A stretch of DNA of 36,484 nt from a virus (taxonomy: Duplodnaviria > Caudoviricetes). The notes under the pieces are model-generated. The model was not told the DNA's origin and searched no databases. It saw nothing but the letters and a program-made list of their open reading frames with translations. A program made the translations under genes and the position numbers. Location: the IMG/VR virus record IMGVR_UViG_3300031466_000068, positions 1-36,484 of that record. One strand, given 5' to 3'. Below, in pieces: positions 36,367 through 36,484 of this stretch (position 1 is its first letter; every line of letters starts with the position of its first letter).

Positions 36367-36484
36367 TTCCTTATCTTGACCAATCGGGTCATTCAGGGAT
36401 ATGTCTTTCCGAGTTTTTTTCAAACTTCTCAGATGCATGAGAATTTCGTTTTCTATACAGCGCGCCGCATAAGTCGCCAGTTTC
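36358..36484 (-). CDS. sigK: sigK 5' portion (split gene, begins off the window)
   Basis: Minus strand reads [42 protein letters not shown], then runs into phage DNA (LPS, TGA at 36346-36348). This is SigK region 2.3-3. Confidence 0.93.

Overview
The window is essentially one ~36.2-kb temperate prophage of a Bacillaceae-type spore former (HK97-like head, long non-contractile tail) inserted in the mother-cell sigma factor gene sigK, i.e. a skin-type (sigK-intervening) element. The sigK 5' part is at the right edge and the 3' part at the left edge, both on the minus strand. The junctions share a 9-bp core TTCGTTCCC (119-127, 36358-36366) flanked by inverted-repeat arms, and excision restores ...[16 protein letters not shown]... 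in frame. Gene order: large serine integrase; ImmA-like protease with an SOS-box-like site; AT-rich cargo (DUF3037 + HipA-like kinase, membrane-anchored DEDDh exonuclease); repressor/Cro switch with GTTAAC-N5-GTTAAC operators; early region (two copies of a structured repeat with antisense promoters, antirepressor, replication initiator, adenine methylase, antisense YjcZ-family sporulation peptide, dUTPase, sigma-like late regulator, small tyrosine recombinase); full packaging/head/tail module with a -1 frameshifting tail chaperone; morons (ART-fold protein, structured intergenic sequences); holin and GH25-SLH endolysin; then a secreted ComEC-like nuclease, DUF3006 and a HEPN protein. Family calls come from motifs recognised by eye, not from database searches.
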